Assembly (NCBI RefSeq): GCF_018977255.1
Contig: NW_024704743.1
Span: 58,406,001 to 58,470,000, forward strand
Direction: 5' to 3'
Length of the DNA stretch: 64,000 bases
Origin: Callorhinchus milii
Taxonomy: Eukaryota
In this document: positions 52,790-64,000 of the stretch, in pieces
How the letters are laid out: every line of letters starts with the position of its first letter
Position numbering within the stretch: position 1 is the stretch's first letter
Position numbers and translations under genes: made by a program
The notes under the pieces: model-generated
What the model was told of the DNA's origin: nothing
The model's database searches: none
The model's input: the letters and a program-made list of their open reading frames with translations, nothing else

Positions 52790-53700
52790 TCATTGAATTA
52801 GTGGAGCTTGGAGCCAGAGGCGTTTAAGTTAGAGTGTCTAAGGAAATAACATCTGTTGTCACAGACAAGTGGTACAGAATCTCCCCATACAACTTTAATA
52901 CAGAGATTGTGAAAGCAGTAGCTATGAAAGTGAGGCTGTGAAGGAATTGATGGGTTTATGAGTAAAGCACTGGTCTTAGACGGACTTACAATCCAACCGA
53001 AAACAGGTTTGGAGCATGATATTGCAGCAGGTTTAGGATTGGCAATATAGATGAAGAAGTACTGGAAGCCAAACATTTTCAAAGTCTAGTAACTAAACTT
53101 TAATTGAAGTTAACCATTACAACACAACTTGCAATTTCTCTGGTAAAGACATCTGCTCCCAAACAAACTGCTACTTATACTCTACTTGGACATGTGATAA
53201 AACCTATCATATTTATGCCTTAATTGTTCCCCACGAACCATCTCAAATGGTCCTCGGGGTGGGGTGGAGCCAAGACTGTACCGTTGCACATTCTAGCGAG
53301 CATAGTCAGTGAAGTCTGAGTGTAGTGCACTTCTCATATTCCTCCAGTTACTCCTCTTCACACACCCCCACCAAACCCCCACCCCCACACACAAAAAGCT
53401 CCAAGTTTGATGTAACTGAATATAGCTGCATCACGGTTTCCGTTTTCAATGGCTGATTCCATTCCCTGATCCTGGTGCTGCTATTAAGGGTGCAGATTCC
53501 TTACACTCTTTGCATGTAGGTAGTTGCACTAAGCTCTGTTTTGAGATCCTGTGCCCCAATCACACTATCAATGATATGCTTTGAAATCAACGTGGGTTAC
53601 ACAATAAGGAAAGTTCTCTAACTCCACAAGTTACAGATAAGTAGGATAGTGGTGTGCAATGATATATTTCAACCGAAGTGGGTTCATCAGTGAGGTGAAT
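52790..53700 (+). mobile_element. decayed Harbinger transposase, interrupted ~53090-53410
   Basis: VRVSKEI; AVAMKV; ILQQV*DWQYR*R (IRQVTDALYRRR); RFP..AD; LHSLHV..EILCPN; LHNKESSLTP; in order. Confidence 0.55.
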
Positions 53701-54537
53701 GCAAGAATTTAGCAACATAGGAATATACAGGTCCAGGAATGATTTTTTGGCCAGTGGACAATCCTGAAATTTAAAAACAACTAAATAAACTTAACCTTAA
53801 CTCTCGTGCCTCTCAATTGAGTTCTTTGCCCACCTGATATATGTTGATTGCCTTTTGAATAAGTTGCCACAAGCTGCCTATACCATGTCCCTTCATGTAA
53901 TCACCACTCTCTGTGTAAATAATTCAAATAATTACATTTTGATTTGTTAGTAGCACTTGGTTTGCTACAAAAACAAGTAACCCCACCCATCCCAATTCCA
54001 ACTCCCAGCTTAGGAGCAAACCTTTGACTGTCTAGCACTTTGGGATCTCCTACTGACATGAAAGACGCTATATAAATGGAATTTGTGATTATTATTATGG
54101 TGAAGTTGGACTCTTTAATGTTCCCTTCTAAGCTTGAATTCCTGTCCCCTTCGGTTTCGTGTCGGTATTCTCAACTTTGATAGCCTCTCCTCATAAGACA
54201 ACTTCCAAAGCTACGCATTAGATCTAGTTTTCCTTCATTATATCTCTTCCATTGCCAAGGTGACCTTATAGAAATGCAGGAAACAGAAATATACCCAATG
54301 CCTTAGATAAGGTTAAAACTGTGCCCTACCCCAATCTGGCTTCAGCACAATGACTGGACCTAAGCATTTCTATGCACCTGATCTTCGAGAACTGTGATTT
54401 TTTTGCCATTTAAAAATAGAATATTGCCTTAATTCAGTCAGTTTACTGTGAAGCAGCGCTCAAATGCTATCTTTAAGCTTGATAAAATGTCCTATTGGAC
54501 CAAGACGGTGGACAAACAATTTAGAAAAAAGACTTCA

Positions 54538-55255
54538 ATAATAATAATAATCCTTACATTTGGTATAGCACCCTTCATGTCAGGAGAACAACCCAAAATG
54601 CTTCACAGGATATAATGTTAGAGTGGAGTGAATGTGTGTGTTTTTGTGGGCAAAGATGTCAGACAAATTGATCCAGAAATGTTCTACAAACAGCCATGTG
54701 GTAAAACAAGCTATTTTTAGACCAAATAATTTTCCCAAAGTCAGGAGCAGGAAATGTTTACACCCAAAACCAATCCATAATTATCAATTGAATCTCCCTT
54801 ATTTCTTAACAACGATGGCTATTTGTTTGACATTGCTGAGCAAAAATTGGCTCTTGCATTCACATACAAAATGCACAGTCACTGGACTGCACAGTAAATT
54901 TCTGGAGTCCTGTAGTTAAGTTGTTAGAACACTTGCCTCACAAGTGAGTTTGATTCCCAGGAGGGTGAAACATTGGACAAGTTGCCTTACTCCACACACC
55001 TCTGTTCACCTTGCAGTAAGTTGGAACCCAGTTGTTAGTCAATTGCCGGATCGCTTTTCTGGGGGTAACAATCCCCTAAAAAAAATTTGATCACTCAATC
55101 CACAGCTTGAATAGTTCCATGGCCATCAAAGTCATGATAAGGCCCTGTATCAAATTATTATTATTTATTATAATAAATCCTGTAAAGTGCTTTGAGCACC
55201 CTTGATTTGAAAGGTGCTATATCAAATGCAAGGATTATGATTGTTGTTATTATAA
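54538..55255. mobile_element. SINE cluster including a long-form copy 54904-55105 (+) nested in Deu-SINE tails
   Basis: GGAGTCCTGTAGTT head; several ATCAAATGCAAGGATTAT tails. Confidence 0.8.
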
Positions 55256-55765
55256 ATGTGATATATTCAATCTGTTATGAAACATAGCATTTTTACTCCC
55301 TTTATATTTCTAGATATTTCATTTTTCTTTCTTTCAGGATGGCCCCCAATATCTTTGCTACAACACATGTCAGATTCACCAGCCAGTAACCCAGGTTACC
55401 TTTTTTTTACCCCTTTTTGTAAATTATGTTTTCTGTTCTCTAATCCTCAAATGTCATAACTATTTTCAATGAATCCCTAAATAGGCTAAATCATGACCAT
55501 GTTAAATGACCTTGGGTGCTTTGTGCTTCTTCACAGACTTACACCTGTCAATTACCTCTTTATTTATACAATCATAGACAAACAGGAACTGGAGACTATC
55601 CTTCGAGCCTGCTCCACCAGATCATTAGATCTTGGCAGACTTTTTAATCTCAATTCCCATCCTTTTGCCAAACCCCTTAAAACCTCCACTATCCTAGTAT
55701 CTGTCTTTCTCTGTTTTAAACATCCTCAAAATAATTATTTTCTTAGTAACTTTCCTTCTCAGTGC

Positions 55766-56093
55766 GAGTCCTGTAGCTCAGTGGTTAGAGCACTCGCCTT
55801 GCAAGCGAGAGACCTGAGTTCAATTCCAGGCAGAGGGCGAAACCTTGGGCAAGTTTCCTTACTCCACACGCCTAATAATAATCCCTCCAAAACCAAAACA
55901 ATAATAATAAATTGGTCATTTTCAATCTACGACTGTTTGTGGGACATTTCTGTGCACAATTGGCTGCCGCGTTCGCCCACAAATATACAGTCAATTCACT
56001 TTACAGTGTATTCTGTGAAGCGCTTTGGGACGTCCTCCCGATGTGAAAAGCGCTATATCAAATGCAAGGATTATTATTATTATTATTATTATT
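55766..56093 (+). mobile_element. young SINE, short form, with L2-identical tail hairpin
   Basis: Full copy; GCGCTTTGGGACGTCCTCCCGATGTGAAAAGCGC then (ATT)n. Confidence 0.95.
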
Positions 56094-56160
56094 GAAGCTA
56101 AATATTACATCCGAAAGCCACACATAAGTGGGATGCTTCAATTTTGGAGAGCTATTTCTT

Positions 56161-56545
56161 AGACGTGTCCTTTCACCATCAACCATATCATATCTGTGAC
56201 TTGCAGAATAACAGTGTAGGGCAGCGCTAATCCAAAAGATCTGCTTTGCACATGGACATTACAGACAATAAGAATAAGCATTAAATATATGGGACAGAGA
56301 AAAAGGCCTGTATAATTAATGTTAAATGCACAATCATTCACTTTCTGTAAGCATCAAATTTTAAATGCATTACAGTTTGTTTCACAATACTATGGTAATT
56401 TTCAAATTGACTTCTACTGCTTTTTCTGGATGTGCAGAGACAGAGCATACTGATGAACATGGGTTCCAGCTGACAAACGATGTCTGAAACATCTGGGTCT
56501 GCTAATTCATTTTTGATTAGGACATGTAGGTCTAATGAATCTGTG
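56161..56545 (+). mobile_element. decayed Harbinger transposase fragment
   Basis: RV..ISYL*LAE*QCR..LIQKIC (RVYR..SYL.LSEEQC..VTEIC); later SGSANSFLIR (PGS.HD.FILR). Confidence 0.45.
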
Positions 56546-56814
56546 GAACACATTAAGTGGGTAAATGGGCATTAGGTTTTAACGTGTGGCTCTCCGCTTC
56601 ACTAAAATCCAGTGCTTTGAATAATTGTAATTCTGTTTGATGTTACAATGCTCAAAGCTGCACTGCTTCCACAAAGTAATTTGAACAATTTGAACAAGAT
56701 TAATTAACAGTAGCTGTGCAATTGCTATTCTCATGTTAAGGGTCACTTTTTACTTTTAAGTTATTTTTGAATTATAATACAGTTAACCCTCTCATTAACC
56801 TTTGTGGCACATCT

Positions 56815-57355
56815 TTGCTTCAATAGGGGCATTCTCTCACCTCTGAGTCAGAAGGTTGTAGGTTCAAACTCCGGTCAGGACTTTGAACTCACACTGTAGC
56901 TGACATTCCAGTGCAATGAGTTGCAATGTTGCAAGTGTCCTTTGTATGCAACGCTAAAGCAAAGTTCTTGTTCAGATGGACATTAAATATTCCATGGCAC
57001 TATTCAAAAAGAGAAAGAAGTTTGTATAATGTATGCTCACACTTCAATAGTGTTGGGAGAATTCTGTATTCTGAATTCTGTAGGTGCTATGTTTTGCATA
57101 AAATCCTAAACCAAGGTCCCATCTGCCTATTCAGGTGGATGTTAAAGATCCCATGACACTGTTCAAAAAAAGAAGAGAGTTTCTCCCAATATTCCAGCCA
57201 ACAATCCCCCAAATAAAATGTGTCACTCACTTCATGGCTGTTTGTGGGATACTGTTGTGTGCAAATTGGTTGCTGTTTTCTTGTTCAAAAATACAGTCAC
57301 TTTCCAATACATCATGCTTTATGTCCTGAAAGGTATGATATCAAATGTAAAGCTG
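56815..57355 (+). mobile_element. Deu-domain SINE with internal duplication of the core
   Basis: Head CTCTCACCTCTGAGTCAGAAGG; CCATG.CACT.TTCAAAAA occurs at ~56992 and ~57151. Confidence 0.8.
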
Positions 57356-58711
57356 TTTTTTATTAGCAAATATTTCAGTTTGAACATAATTTGATCTCCT
57401 TATAGCTTATGCTACTAACAAAAGAATTGGGCCACTAAATGTTAACATTATATTTCATGATCCATGATTCTTCACTGTAAGAATGAATGATTGTTATGTT
57501 GTTCATGCAGTATGATGAACCCACAATACCTTTTCACTATTGGTTTAATAAAATTGTGCTCTGCATGATAAAAACAAACAACAACATGGTTGGGACTTTC
57601 CTGTGAGATATAAGCTGATGCCCCAAGATATGCTAATAATCACTGCTGATAAATACAATGCAATACAAAATTGTATAGTGCATTTCACATCGGAGGACAT
57701 CCCAAGGCACTGAAATGAGTATAATAGCAGTAATCCTTACATTTGGTGTAACACTTTACTGCTGTTACTGTAATTTAAATTTTTTGTGGTCAGCCGGGTG
57801 TCTGGCACATGCGGAAACTCATCACCGTGCTTAATAGTATCCAAACCAAGCTGAGATTTCCGTGCATCCCACCCACACATGGAATTCCCAGAGATGGAAT
57901 GTTGGAATGGAATGCCACTCTCTCCCTGAAGGGTCACATCCTACCTATCTCATTCTGCAAAGAATTAGACGCAGGTTGGTAAGATCCAAGGCTTGGGGCC
58001 CCCAGAGTGTGTGTTGTGGTACCTCTGGGGCCTAACCAGCTAAAACCACATAGCTTGCCATTGGTATTGCTGTCCAGAATGCTTTCCCACTGCTTGTGCA
58101 GCTCGGACCACCCACCCGTTAGGGCTTTGGCTTGCAGAGTTAACAGGAGATGAGTAGGATGACTCACTGTCCCCAGTGACTGGTCTGCCCTTCCAAGTCC
58201 TGCCAATGAGCCAGGCTGGCTGTGCTGTCATCAGCAGTGCCCTAGAATACTGCGGACCCACCTGACGTAGGAACCGGACTACAGAGACCGTCACCGAGGG
58301 CTGGTTCAATTCTGACATTCCATTGCCAGGCATGTCACCTTGGAGCTAGTTCAACTTCAATGAGACCCCACTTACTATTTACTGTAAAGTGCAGTGACTG
58401 TGTGTTTTGTGGGTGAAAGCATAGTTAAATAAATCGGACTGAAAAGATGGCTCTTAAAAGAGCCAGTACAGGCACAGTGACTAAATGGCCTTCTTCTATA
58501 CTCTAAATTTCTGTGTTTCTATGGGGTCAGCACAGTGAACCATTGACTCTTCTGTGGGTCTGCATCCCCCCACCTAACTCTATTACATTGGCTGGGCTTA
58601 AAGCCAGCAGAAGTAAAGCAGACAGCTGCATAGAGAGTTTAGAAGACAAGCAGAGGACTTGAGAAACAAGAGCTTGTTCCAGCCTTGTCCAACTTCGTGC
58701 TCAGTTAATAT

Positions 58712-58931
58712 TGGAAATTCATCCTGTTTTAGCCTGGAGGGCCATATTATCTGCAATTTTTAGATCAGTTAGAATTTGGAAAATTCTTTAATTCAATCTT
58801 AAATTTGGAAGCTGATTTTAAGAACTGCGGAAACCAACTTAAAAATTAAGATTCAGTTGAAGAATTTTTCCCATCTTACATTTCAAGAAAAAAACAATCT
58901 TACAAGCTGAGACTAAATGAAATTTCTGGCC
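58712..58931. mobile_element. palindromic MITE copy
   Basis: Left GGAAATTCATCCTGTTTTAGCCTG; right TACAAGCTGAGACTAAATGAAATTTCTGGCC. Confidence 0.75.
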
Positions 58932-58962
58932 TTTGATTGTCACAGTATATAAGTGTACTAAC

Positions 58963-59530
58963 AGAGTTTATATTAGAGAGAAAGTTTGAAGGCTCAGCAG
59001 TTTTCTGGTGAGCTGTGATGGGGTGGCAGTGCTATTCAAACTGATTGAAGAAAATGGAAAAATAGCTAAGAGCAGAATCTCGCTCCCTGCACCAGACTTG
59101 TGAAACATGACATTGAGGCATTCCTTGTAATGAAATGCCCCACGAAGAGAAATCTATAGTGTAAGTGGTTGTGGAAGATAATTATTATTACATCTTGGGT
59201 CAAGAAATAAAAGCCAGGTTCTTCTGTGTATGGGTTTGTTATTAATGGGTTATTCATTTATTTTTTCATATCCATTTTTTCTGTTTTTTTTTCTATTTAT
59301 TTTTATGGATTTACCTCAATATCTAATTTCCATATATTCCTAAACTTGTGTACTCTGAGAGCCAGATTTCTAATGACAGATAGCAAGGCATCTGTAAGAT
59401 TGCTCTCCGGCTGAATTTATAGGAGGTGCTGGAGTTTCAATGAAGCAAAGTGCCTTGCTGATTTCACTCTTTCCCAATGGCTGCACCCTTTACCTGCTCT
59501 CCTCCTGTCAACCAAACTTAGTTTGACAGC
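58963..59530 (+). mobile_element. decayed Harbinger transposase
   Basis: RVY; VAVLFKLIEEN..RISLPAP; LRARFL (VNARFP); LADFTLSQWLHPL (LGD..L.PWLMTPL). Confidence 0.45.
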
Positions 59531-59836
59531 CAAATCTTCCAAGAAAGAGTACAATACAATATAAAATTACAAATCTTAGATAAAGTTGTGAATCAAGTCT
59601 GTGGCCCATTTCATGTCACAGGGCACTAACAGAGGGTTCAAGTCCCACGGCAGGACTTGGAATCACATCGTCTAAGTTGACACTTCAATGCAGTGCTGGG
59701 ATTTGCTGCATTGCTATGAAAAGGAGATATCATATCATAATCCATACAGTATCATTAGTCATTGTCCATGTACATAGCATAACTGCAAGAGAAGCAATTG
59801 TGGAACAGATTTTGTCCCAGTATTCTGTTTTATAAT

Positions 59837-61761
59837 GCATGAAGTTTAATGATTAGATATTGCACTTGGAGGCTTCCTGTGATGTACTTAGCTCTCCAGA
59901 ATTAAAAATGTTATGGGAATGGTGATGTCAGTAAGTGCAGTTTCTTAGCTTCAGGACTGGCACATTTTCAGAGTATTTAAAAAGAAAAACATAAATAGTT
60001 AGAAGCAAAGATTATGACTATAGTTCACTCTGGTGGTGGTGGTGATAGGGGGTTGTGGTGGTGGAGGGGGAGGTAGGGGGGTTGGGATCAGATGACAACA
60101 TGGTTTGTCATGTTCTTCCTCTTGTCAGTACATTTACCGATGTTGTGAGCATACATTTATATTCTCATTATACTGTACATGCTCATCACAATGCGTTCAT
60201 CAATACTCTATATCAAGGGGTGGTAAGCCGGGGGAGAGGAGAGGTGGCCGTAAGCACAGTCGAAGAGGAACGTTTTCAGGCAAGACTTGAAAGAGAGGAG
60301 AGAGGGGGCAAGGCGAAGGGAATGAGGGAGAGTGTTCCAGAGTTTTGGAGCGTAGTGGCTGAAAGCGCAACCTCCAATGGTGGGGAGGAGGGTGCGAGGG
60401 ACAAGCAGGAGGCCGGGGCCAATCGGGAGGAGGCGCCAGGTGGTGGATTGGGGAGTGAGGAGTTCGGAGAGGTATGGAGGTGCCAGGGAGTAAATGGATT
60501 TGAACATGAGTGTGAGGATCTTGAAGTCGATCCGTTTGGTGATGGGGAGCCAGTGGAGCCTGGCCAGAACTGATGAGATGTGGGTACGGAGTTTGGTCCG
60601 GGTCAGTATGCAGGCAGCAGAGTTTTGAATGAGCTAGATTTTGTGAATGGAGGAGCTGGGGAGATCGGCATTGGAGTAATCCAGGCGGGAGGTGACAAAC
60701 GCATACACAAGGATTTCGGCCTCATTTGGGGTAAGGTACGGTTGGAGGCGGGCAATGTGGTGGAGGTGGAAGAAGGCGATCCTGGTCAGGGACCGGATGT
60801 GGGGGAGGAAGGACAGTTGGGGGTCGAACCAAACACCTAGGTTGCACTGATTCAGTGAATCTGAGGGAGAGCCCAGAGAAGTTGAGGAGTTTAGATCCGC
60901 AGGAGTGAAGACATTGACAGGGGCCAAGGAGTATGGCTTCTGTGTTGTCCATATTCAGCTGCAGGAAGTTTACACTCATCCAGGACGTGATGTCTGCCAG
61001 ACAAGCTGATAGAACATCAGTGGACCTGGAGTTGGTACTGGAGGAGGCAAAGTAGATTTGTATGTCATCCTCATACATGTGGAAGTTTATCCCGTGTCTA
61101 CAGATGACATCGCCCAAAGGGAGCATATAGATAAGGAAAAGAAGAGGGCCAAGGATGGAGCCATGGGTACCCTGCAGGTGACTGGGGCAGGGGTGTGACA
61201 AGAAACCATTCGTTGAGATGAAATGGAGGTGGTTTGTTAAGTAGGATTCGAACCATGCAAGTGCGCTCCCACTAAGGTAGATGAGGGAGGAGAGCCGATG
61301 GAGGAGGATGGCGTGGTCAACTGTGTCAAACATGGCAGAGAGATGCAGGAGAACGAGGAGGGAGAGGGAGGCCTGGTCACAGATAGAGAGAATGTCATTT
61401 GTGACTTTGACAAGCGCTGTCTCTGTGCTGTGGGCAGGGCAAAAACCAAACTGCAGGGGCTCGAGCAGGGAGTGGAGGGCTTTTAGAACATTCCCTGCAC
61501 ATTATTTTTTATAAAATGTGTTCTGGACCTGATGAGGTGGCTTTTTTTTAAGAGTATATTTGATTTTTTTTTGTGTTAGTAGGATTTGAGGCACAATGAC
61601 ATCCTGACTCGAAAATTTACATTGCAAAATAACACAGGTGCCAGTCCTGAAGCTTGGAATCTGCACATACTTACATTACCATTCCCGTAACATTTGGATT
61701 GAGTAGATCTATGTACTTCACAGGATGTCCAAGTGCAATATCTAATCATTAAACTTCATGC
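59837..61761. repeat. ~125-bp inverted repeat (59837-59963 / 61638-61761) around an L2 insertion
   Basis: Outer 34 bp exact (GCATGAAGTTTAATGATTAGATATTGCACTTGGA); remainder clearly alignable. Confidence 0.92.
60190..61480 (-). mobile_element. L2 RT fragment, longest in window
   Basis: FDTVDHAILL, GSILGPLLFLIYMLPLG, HMYEDDIQIY (YADD), SRLDYSN, APKLWNTLP. Confidence 0.95.
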
Positions 61762-61884
61762 TGCAGTTCACTGATGCTGGAAAGCAGTACAATCAGTACA
61801 TCTCATAAAGCAGTTACTTAGCAGTTCCACTGGAAGGGATTGATAGCGGAATTGACACCTAATATCAATTCTTAGGCACTTATT

Positions 61885-62590
61885 TCACATTGTCCTCCAT
61901 TCCACCAATGGTGGCCCCGCTTTCAGCCATTACTCCCTGAAACTCTGGAACACTCCTTGCCCCTTCATTCCCAATCTTCAGGTCGCACCTGAAGACTTTC
62001 CTATTCGACCCCCACCACCTCCTCCCCCACACCCCCAGCTTGGCATCATGCTCCAACAGTGTCAAGCGCCCCGAGTATGCTGCCCTGTGTGCGGGTCGCT
62101 GTATAAATGCAAGTTGTTGTTGTTGATGATGAGAGTCACCGGTGTGACTCTAATGTACTGTTAGAGCTGAAAATTTACAAGTTCAAGATCCTGGTCTTCA
62201 CCTACAAAGCCCTCCATGGCCTCGCCCCACCCTACCTCTGTGATTTCCTAACCTCCTACCAACCCGCCCGCTCCCTCCGCTCAGCCGGCTCTGGCCTGCT
62301 CTACCTTCCCCGACCCACCTGCCCCACCATTGGCGGGAGAGACTTCAGCCACTCTGCCCCCAACCTCTGGAATTCCATTCCCAATCACTCCACCTCGCCC
62401 CCTCCTTAGCCTCCTTCAAGTCCCACCTCAAGACCCTCCTCTTCGACCATGCCATCGGTCACGCCCCTTCCCCTCCTCTCCCTTCTCCCCCCTGACCCCA
62501 GCTCAGGTCTGAATTGCTGTACACTGTCCAGCGCCTTGGGACGTCCTCCCAACGTGAAAGGCGCTATACAAATGTAATCTTGTTGTTGGA
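61885..62590 (+). mobile_element. two L2 3' fragments (61885-62125; 62178-62590)
   Basis: FKILVFTYKALHGLAPPYL..GGRDFSHSAPNLWNSIP; (TTG)n tails. Confidence 0.9.
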
Positions 62591-62989
62591 GCGATTCACA
62601 TTATTGCGGTGTGCAAAAATGTTCGGAATACTTGTTTTTTGCACTAAAATGGTTTTGATTCAACAAGTGGAATTCCTCCCTGTTATTTTGTGCAACTGTT
62701 ATTTTTAACAGCAAGACAGAGAAACCAATTAATTTCACATTGAAATTACATGCATAATTCTCTAATTGTTTTTTGGTTAATATTCCATTGGTGCTAAAAT
62801 TAGTGCTGTGCATTAATTTTCCAGCAGCTTTTGCCAGGCGTTAAAAAGTAGGGATACTATATGCATCAAACTCAATGAATCCAGAAAGCATTCTTTAATG
62901 TAAGTTTCAACAACTTCTTTATAGGTATACAAATATCTTGCTTGTCACGTTTTACTGGGCTTTCTTTTTATCTCCCAGTACTATATTAT

Positions 62990-63324
62990 AATAATAAGAA
63001 GAATCTTTGCATTTGATATAGCACCTTATTACATCTTCAAGGCATCTCAAAGCAATTCACAGAATATACGGTAAAGTGAATTGACTGTATATTTTGTGGG
63101 CAAGGGTTGAGTGACCAAATTATTGTTATCTTTTTATTTTGAAGGGATTATTATCCCTGAATAGCAATCCGCCAATCGACTAACAACCGGTTCTTAATTA
63201 CTGCTAGGTAAGCAGAGATGTGTGGACTAAGGAAACTTGCTCAACATTTCGTCCTGCCCAGGAATCGAACCCAGGTTCTCTTGCTTGTGAGGCGAGTGCT
63301 CTAACCACTAAGCTAAAGGACTCC
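62990..63324 (-). mobile_element. SINE, long form
   Basis: Antisense head, middle segment and tail. Confidence 0.9.
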
Positions 63325-63329
63325 ACAAT

Positions 63330-63630
63330 CACACATTATATACATTATGACACTGCTGGCTGAGAATTGAAGAGATTGGGAGGGGAAAGATGAATGAAAG
63401 TGTGATCAAAGAGCTACATCTTGAGTTGGACCTTGAACGTGGGAAGGGAGGGAGCATTCGGAGGGATGGAGATCCAGGGAGCAGGGACAGAATGGTGAAA
63501 GGTGGGGCAGATAGGATGGGGTACAAGAAGCAGGCCAGTGTTTGCTGAGTGATGGGAGGAGAGGTTGAGGTAGTAGGATTGTAGGGTTGTAAGGGTTTGC
63601 AGAGGTGAGTGAGTGGGGGAGGGGGGTGGA
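63330..63630 (-). mobile_element. old L2 3' fragment
   Basis: Purine-rich antisense of the L2 ORF2 end. Confidence 0.6.
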
Positions 63631-64000
63631 ATACCTAAACAGAAAGGGGTTTTGCTCTATCAAATATCTAAATATGACATGGAAATAGCACAGTTTATGT
63701 GTGGATTGCCCTCATCCTAGTTCCCCATAAGATGTATACCTTTTACATGCTTCTATTCCAAATATTATCCTCCTTCTTCTCCCCCCCATCACCCAAAATC
63801 CTTCTCAATGGCCAGGTCAACAAGTCTACCGATCAAGGAATCCCATTTGAAATCTCTGCTTTTAGACCCCAATGAGTTTTTTGTGCTTGTTTGAAACACC
63901 TGTCAATCCTCAGTAATGAAGTGTTGGCCCACTGACTACTGCTTTGCTGCAAACTGTGTCTACAGTTGTATTGGAACAGCAGCCTTGCAGAATACCCGAT

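Noticed and set aside
15560..53578. Phase-compatible chain of minus-strand AG..GT exons (53578-53505, 53061-52990, 51428-51345, 40483-40400, 38345-38249, 26600-26562, 19258-19169, 15655-15560) giving a 212-aa peptide
   Set aside because: The peptide is unrecognisable. I selected compatible pieces and skipped incompatible ones. Every piece overlaps a Harbinger-like fossil, mostly antisense. Spliced RNA-seq reads would be needed to revive it.
10516..61333. Longest ORFs (10516, 38818, 38978, 55493, 60055, 60722)
   Set aside because: Read-throughs or antisense frames of L2 and SINE copies.

Overview
AT-rich, CpG-depleted vertebrate DNA. The repeat repertoire points to a cartilaginous fish, most likely a holocephalan (inference only). 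I find no host protein-coding exon I can defend, and no rRNA, true tRNA gene or CRISPR array. The obvious layer is retroposon debris: CR1 and L2 LINE 3' fragments, a young tRNA-Ala-headed SINE in long and short forms with an L2-like tail, older Deu-domain SINEs, and a Penelope-like remnant. The less obvious layer is the main result. Much of the apparently unique DNA between retroposons translates, with stops and frameshifts, into collinear motifs of PIF/Harbinger (HARBI1-like, DDE_Tnp_4) transposases. I count about 20 very old fossils on both strands, several Myb/SANT-like ORF2 remnants, and a palindromic ~220-bp MITE family. There are also four unrelated long inverted repeats. All protein matches were made by eye against remembered consensus motifs, not by search, and repeat boundaries are approximate.
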